64,000 nt of DNA from an uncultured Actinomycetes bacterium. Its GTDB lineage: Bacteria; Actinomycetota; Thermoleophilia; UBA2241. The notes beneath the pieces are model-generated. The model made no database searches, was not told the DNA's origin, and worked only from the letters and a program-made list of their open reading frames with translations. Position 1 is the first letter of the stretch, and each line of letters starts with the position of its first letter. Of the stretch, positions 60,423 through 64,000 are shown in pieces. The position numbers and the translations under genes are program-made. The stretch lies in the NCBI GenBank assembly GCA_963725665.1, contig CAVRZA010000001.1, positions 320,001-384,000 of the forward strand, in the 5' to 3' direction.

Positions 60423-60791
60423 ATGGCTGATGCAGGGGTGAAGTGGCAGCGCAAGGGTCGGAGCAGAGACCTTACGGGGCTGGGCTGGCTCGAGGCCGAG
60501 ATACTGCGGATCGTGTGGGACAAGGGGCAGGTGACGGTGCGCGACGTCTATGAGGAGCTTCGTCTGCGACGCCGCATCGCCTACACGACCGTCATGAGCG
60601 TTTTGCGCAACCTCGCCGCCAAGAGCCTGCTCGAGCAGGACAAGAGCAAGCCGGCGTACCTCTACACTCCGGCGGTGAGCGACACCGAGGTCGCCGAGGC
60701 GATCCTCGACGCGCTCGTCGACAAGATCATGGGCGGACGCGTCGAGCCTCTGATCGAGTACCTCCAGCAGAAGAAGGCCCAGTCCGCCTGA
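60423..60791 (+). CDS. BlaI/MecI/CopY-family repressor
   Basis: LEAEILRIVW..TVRDV..IAYTTVMSVLRNL..AYLY; SD GGAGG. Confidence 0.9.
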   Translation: MADAGVKWQRKGRSRDLTGLGWLEAEILRIVWDKGQVTVRDVYEELRLRRRIAYTTVMSVLRNLAAKSLLEQDKSKPAYLYTPAVSDTEVAEAILDALVDKIMGGRVEPLIEYLQQKKAQSA

Positions 60792-60801
60792 CGAGACGCT
60801 C

Positions 60802-60852
60802 GCGTGGGGCGCGGCCTCGCCTCTCGGCGAGGCCGCGCCCCACGCTTTTCTT
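60802..60852 (+). terminator. Intrinsic terminator
   Basis: Perfect 20-bp stem GCGTGGGGCGCGGCCTCGCC-TCTC-reverse complement, followed by TTTTCTT. Confidence 0.8.
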
Positions 60853-60920
60853 CGCGGTCCCCCACCGGAGACGCCCGTGACCGACCCCGTGACCGGCGGC
60901 TGCTGCAGACGCGCCCGGGG

Positions 60921-62348
60921 TCAATCGTAGAAGGCGACCTGCACCTCGACGCCGTACTGGATGATGCGGTCGCGGCCCTCCGCCTTGGCGCGATAGAGCG
61001 CCTTGTCGGCAAGCTCGAAGAGGTCGCTGACCGTCGTCCCATCGCGGGGACAGGTGGCCACGCCACCCGAGATGTTGATGGCCACGTCCGGCGGCAGACC
61101 AAGGCCGGTGTAGCGCGTCTCCCCAAGCGTCCGTCGCAGGCGGTTGGCCATGTGCGTCGCCGCCTCGCCGGGGGTGTTGGGCAGCAGCATGGCGAACTCC
61201 TCGCCGCCGTGTCGCCCGCAGATGTCGCTCTTGCGCACGTGTTGCTGCATGATCGCGGAGACCGTCTGCAGCACGCGGTCGCCCGTCATGTGGCCGTAGG
61301 AGTCGTTGAACGTCTTGAAGTTGTCGATGTCGATCATGACCAGGCTCAGCGGCTGCTGATAGCGCAGGCTGCGATCCAACTCCTCCTCTGCCCGGCTCAT
61401 GAAGTAGCGCCGGTTGTAGAGGCGCGTCAGGTGGTCGGTGACGACCTGGCGCCGGATGCTGTCGTACTTGCGCGCGTTCGAGAGGGCGCTGTGCACGTGG
61501 CCCTGCAACGTCTGCAGCACGGCCGTCGTGACGCGCTCGAAGTTCTCGTTGCTCGTCGCCGTCGCAAGCAGCGCCATGTCGCCGATCGAATCGACCTCGA
61601 AGGGCACGATCACCTGGCTCTTCATGGTCTTGGGGAAGAGCGTGCACGTGTGGTCGTCGGAGCGCACGATCGACTTCTCGATGATGGCCTTGCGCACGGG
61701 GCAGTCGGCGGTGTAGAGGCAGCAATCCGCGCTCACCTCCGGCGCGTGGACGCCGAGTGTGCCCTCGATGTCGAAGCCGCGCGTCTTGGGCTCGAGAAGG
61801 ATCAGGGCCACGAAGTCAGCGTGCAGGAACTGCTTGGCGCGCGCCAGGGCGCGCTCGACGGTCTCGCGGTAGGGCAGGGCGGCGTTGATCTCCTGGCCGA
61901 TCTCCCCCACCTGGACGAGCTGACGGTTGAAGGTGCGCAGACGCACGAGGTCGCTCTCGACCGCCTGCGGTGAGGAGCCCTGCAACTCGGCCTCAGTGAA
62001 GTGGCTGATGATGGTGCTGATCAGGTAGTCGAGCTCGTTGATCTGGTCGCGGTAGCGCGGATCCTCTTGCTCGTAGCGGCTGCCTAGGCGGCGGCGGGAG
62101 CGGCGGATCAGCGAGTTCATGGGCCGATACACCCAGATGTCGAGCACGAGGGTGATGAGGGCGAAGGCGGCGAGGAGCCCGACCACCAGCACGGTCTGTT
62201 GACCCGAGCCGAGCTGGCGCCAGAAGAAGGCGCACAGCACGGCGAGGATGACGACGATCGTACCCGCCGTCTTGATCTGCAAGCTCACGCGGGTGCGCTT
62301 GTTCTGAGGGTCGGTCGTGGGAAGCTCCCTCATCCGCCTGCCAGTCAC
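60921..62348 (-). CDS. Membrane-anchored GAF-GGDEF diguanylate cyclase
   Basis: Two TMs, GAF-like region, TDHLTRLYNRRYF, DIDNFK..ND.YGH, I-site RKSD, GGEEF. Confidence 0.92.
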   Translation of the reverse strand: MTGRRMRELPTTDPQNKRTRVSLQIKTAGTIVVILAVLCAFFWRQLGSGQQTVLVVGLLAAFALITLVLDIWVYRPMNSLIRRSRRRLGSRYEQEDPRYRDQINELDYLISTIISHFTEAELQGSSPQAVESDLVRLRTFNRQLVQVGEIGQEINAALPYRETVERALARAKQFLHADFVALILLEPKTRGFDIEGTLGVHAPEVSADCCLYTADCPVRKAIIEKSIVRSDDHTCTLFPKTMKSQVIVPFEVDSIGDMALLATATSNENFERVTTAVLQTLQGHVHSALSNARKYDSIRRQVVTDHLTRLYNRRYFMSRAEEELDRSLRYQQPLSLVMIDIDNFKTFNDSYGHMTGDRVLQTVSAIMQQHVRKSDICGRHGGEEFAMLLPNTPGEAATHMANRLRRTLGETRYTGLGLPPDVAINISGGVATCPRDGTTVSDLFELADKALYRAKAEGRDRIIQYGVEVQVAFYD

Positions 62349-62433
62349 CTCCGTTATCGGCAGACGCAGGGGAAGGATGAGGGTGGCGAGGCCTTGCGAA
62401 GGAAGCTGGGGGCGCCGGGGCGCGCGCCGCGCG

Positions 62434-62625
62434 CTAGTAGCCGCGCGCCAGGATGCGCCGGTCGCGAGTACGCCGTGGCGTCGCGCGGCGTTCGCCCCGG
62501 CGCCGATCGCGCATGTAGTGCTCGCAGGCGACGCAGAGGGAGTTGCACAGAAGGCGCGTGTCGGTATCGGCCACGCAGATCATGGCCAGCCTGCCGTCTC
62601 CGTTCCTGTGTCCGTTCGCACCCAT
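62434..62625 (-). CDS. Small Cys4 / (D/E)RR-repeat protein (63 aa)
   Basis: C-x9-C-x3-C-x2-C then DRRRGERRATPRRTRDRR; co-oriented between the RR and GGDEF genes; TATGAT 15 nt upstream of the ATG. Confidence 0.55.
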   Translation of the reverse strand: MGANGHRNGDGRLAMICVADTDTRLLCNSLCVACEHYMRDRRRGERRATPRRTRDRRILARGY

Positions 62626-62780
62626 AGTCGATCGCGCGTAATCATACTTCTTCGGGCCTCGTTCTCCTGCTGTCGTCTCCTCTGACAACAGGGGATGCGT
62701 GAAACGGACGGGTGTTACGGGCGTAGTCGCAGGAGCTCCGGTCCCGGCGCCGGAGGGGCGCCGACCGGGAAGCGGGCGGT

Positions 62781-63143
62781 CTAGACGTAGCCCTCGATGA
62801 CCGAGAGAACCTGGGCGATGCGGAAAGGCTTTGTGATGTAGCCGTCGATGCCGACGTCGGTGGCGCGCTCCATGTCGGTAGCCATCGCCTTGGCCGAGAG
62901 GCCGACGATGGGGATCTCGCGCGTGGCGTCGTCGGCCTTGAGCTCGCCGACGGCCTCGTACCCGCTCATGACCGGCATCATCATGTCCATGAGGATGAGA
63001 TCGGGGTGGAACTCCTTGGCGAGGTCGACGGCCTCGCGACCGTTCGTCGCCTTGTGCACGTCCCAGCCCTGGGTCTCGAGCGACATCGAGACGATGCTTA
63101 GGATGTCGGGGTCGTCGTCCGCGACTACGATCGTGTGCGCCAT
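62781..63143 (-). CDS. Single-domain response regulator (CheY/DivK-like)
   Basis: VVADDD, PDLILMDMMMP, SAKAM, YITKPF. Confidence 0.92.
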   Translation of the reverse strand: MAHTIVVADDDPDILSIVSMSLETQGWDVHKATNGREAVDLAKEFHPDLILMDMMMPVMSGYEAVGELKADDATREIPIVGLSAKAMATDMERATDVGIDGYITKPFRIAQVLSVIEGYV

Positions 63144-63157
63144 GTGCCCTTCCGCCT

Positions 63158-64000
63158 TTAGCTTATCTTGCCGGCCGCCAACGGGTCGGCCTGCTGCGTT
63201 GATATCGGCATGGTGAAGATGAAACTGGAGCCCTTGCCGAGCTTGCTCTGCACGCGGATCTCGCCGCCGTGGAGCTCCACCAGCTCCTTCACGATGGTGA
63301 GGCCGAGGCCGGTGCCGCCCTGCATGCGGCTCGCCGACGAGTCGACCTGCGTGAAACGCTGGAAGACGCGGTCGACGTCCTCCTGGCTGATGCCGATGCC
63401 GGTGTCGGTCACCCACATCTCGACGACGTCGCCCTTGGGCCGCGCCTCGACGCTCACGCTGCCGTTCTCGTGCGTGTACTTGATGGCGTTGGTGAGCAGG
63501 TTGAGCAGCACCTGTCCGAACTTGGCCGGGTCAGCCGAGACCGGTGGCAGGTCGGTGGGCAGGAAGGTGGATATCTTGATGCGCTTGTCGGCGGCGCGCG
63601 GCTTGACCACAGGGAGCACGCCGAGCAGGGCGGCACGCAGGTCGACCGGTTCGATGTTGAGCTCCAGGCGCCCGGCCTCGATCTTGGTCAGGTCCAGGAT
63701 GTCGTTGATGAGGTTCAGGAGCGCCTCGCCGTTCTTGAGGATGCTCTCGAGGAAGTTCGTCTGCTTCTCGTTCAGCTCGCCTGTCATGCCCGAGAGCATC
63801 ATGTCGCTGTAGCCGATGATCGAGGTAAGGGGCGTGCGCAGCTCGTGGCTCATGGTGGCGAGGAAGTCGCTCTTGAGCTCGTCGAGGTGCGTGAGGTCGT
63901 CGTTCATCTTGCGCAGCTCGTCGGTGAACTGGATGTTGCGCAGGGCGACGGCGAGCTGGCTGCAGAGCGGGCCCAGCGTCGCGAGCTTCTCGACGTCGAT
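63158..64000 (-). CDS. Sensor histidine kinase (GAF-HisKA-HATPase); 5' partial
   Basis: Frame open to the window end (..[12 protein letters not shown] helix); [30 protein letters not shown]. Confidence 0.92.
   Translation of the reverse strand: MDVEKLATLGPLCSQLAVALRNIQFTDELRKMNDDLTHLDELKSDFLATMSHELRTPLTSIIGYSDMMLSGMTGELNEKQTNFLESILKNGEALLNLINDILDLTKIEAGRLELNIEPVDLRAALLGVLPVVKPRAADKRIKISTFLPTDLPPVSADPAKFGQVLLNLLTNAIKYTHENGSVSVEARPKGDVVEMWVTDTGIGISQEDVDRVFQRFTQVDSSASRMQGGTGLGLTIVKELVELHGGEIRVQSKLGKGSSFIFTMPISTQQADPLAAGKIS

Overview
Very GC-rich, gene-dense bacterial chromosomal window. Gene content looks actinobacterial, possibly Thermoleophilia-like, but the taxonomy is an inference. About 59 CDS; no rRNA, tRNA, CRISPR array, transposase or prophage recognised. 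In order: a 5'-truncated CoA-substrate activase fusion; MFS and sirtuin; an OmpR/HK pair divergent from an ApbE + ferric-reductase-like operon with two small anchored proteins and no FMN-bind domain; secreted proteins; a GH3 lipoprotein; SulP; a Mo-oxidoreductase; YyaL; a nitroreductase; a DeoR/AgaS/sugar-ABC cluster; SCP2 + debranching enzyme; cls; DUF2252; a melA-pfkB-gatZ cluster that appears to share 10-bp operator repeats with the DeoR cluster; small membrane proteins; a MarR/dioxygenase/esterase/maleylacetate-reductase-like cluster; dodecin; an orphan SBP; and an HK-RR-microprotein-GGDEF locus. Best leads: (1) the ApbE module with non-canonical candidate flavinylation substrates; (2) an easily missed Cys4 + (D/E)RR-repeat microprotein in the c-di-GMP locus; (3) a split DeoR regulon implying an aldolase-free galactoside -> tagatose-6-P -> fructose-6-P route. 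Three genes carry frameshifts that may be sequencing errors. All family calls come from motif recognition by eye, not database searches.
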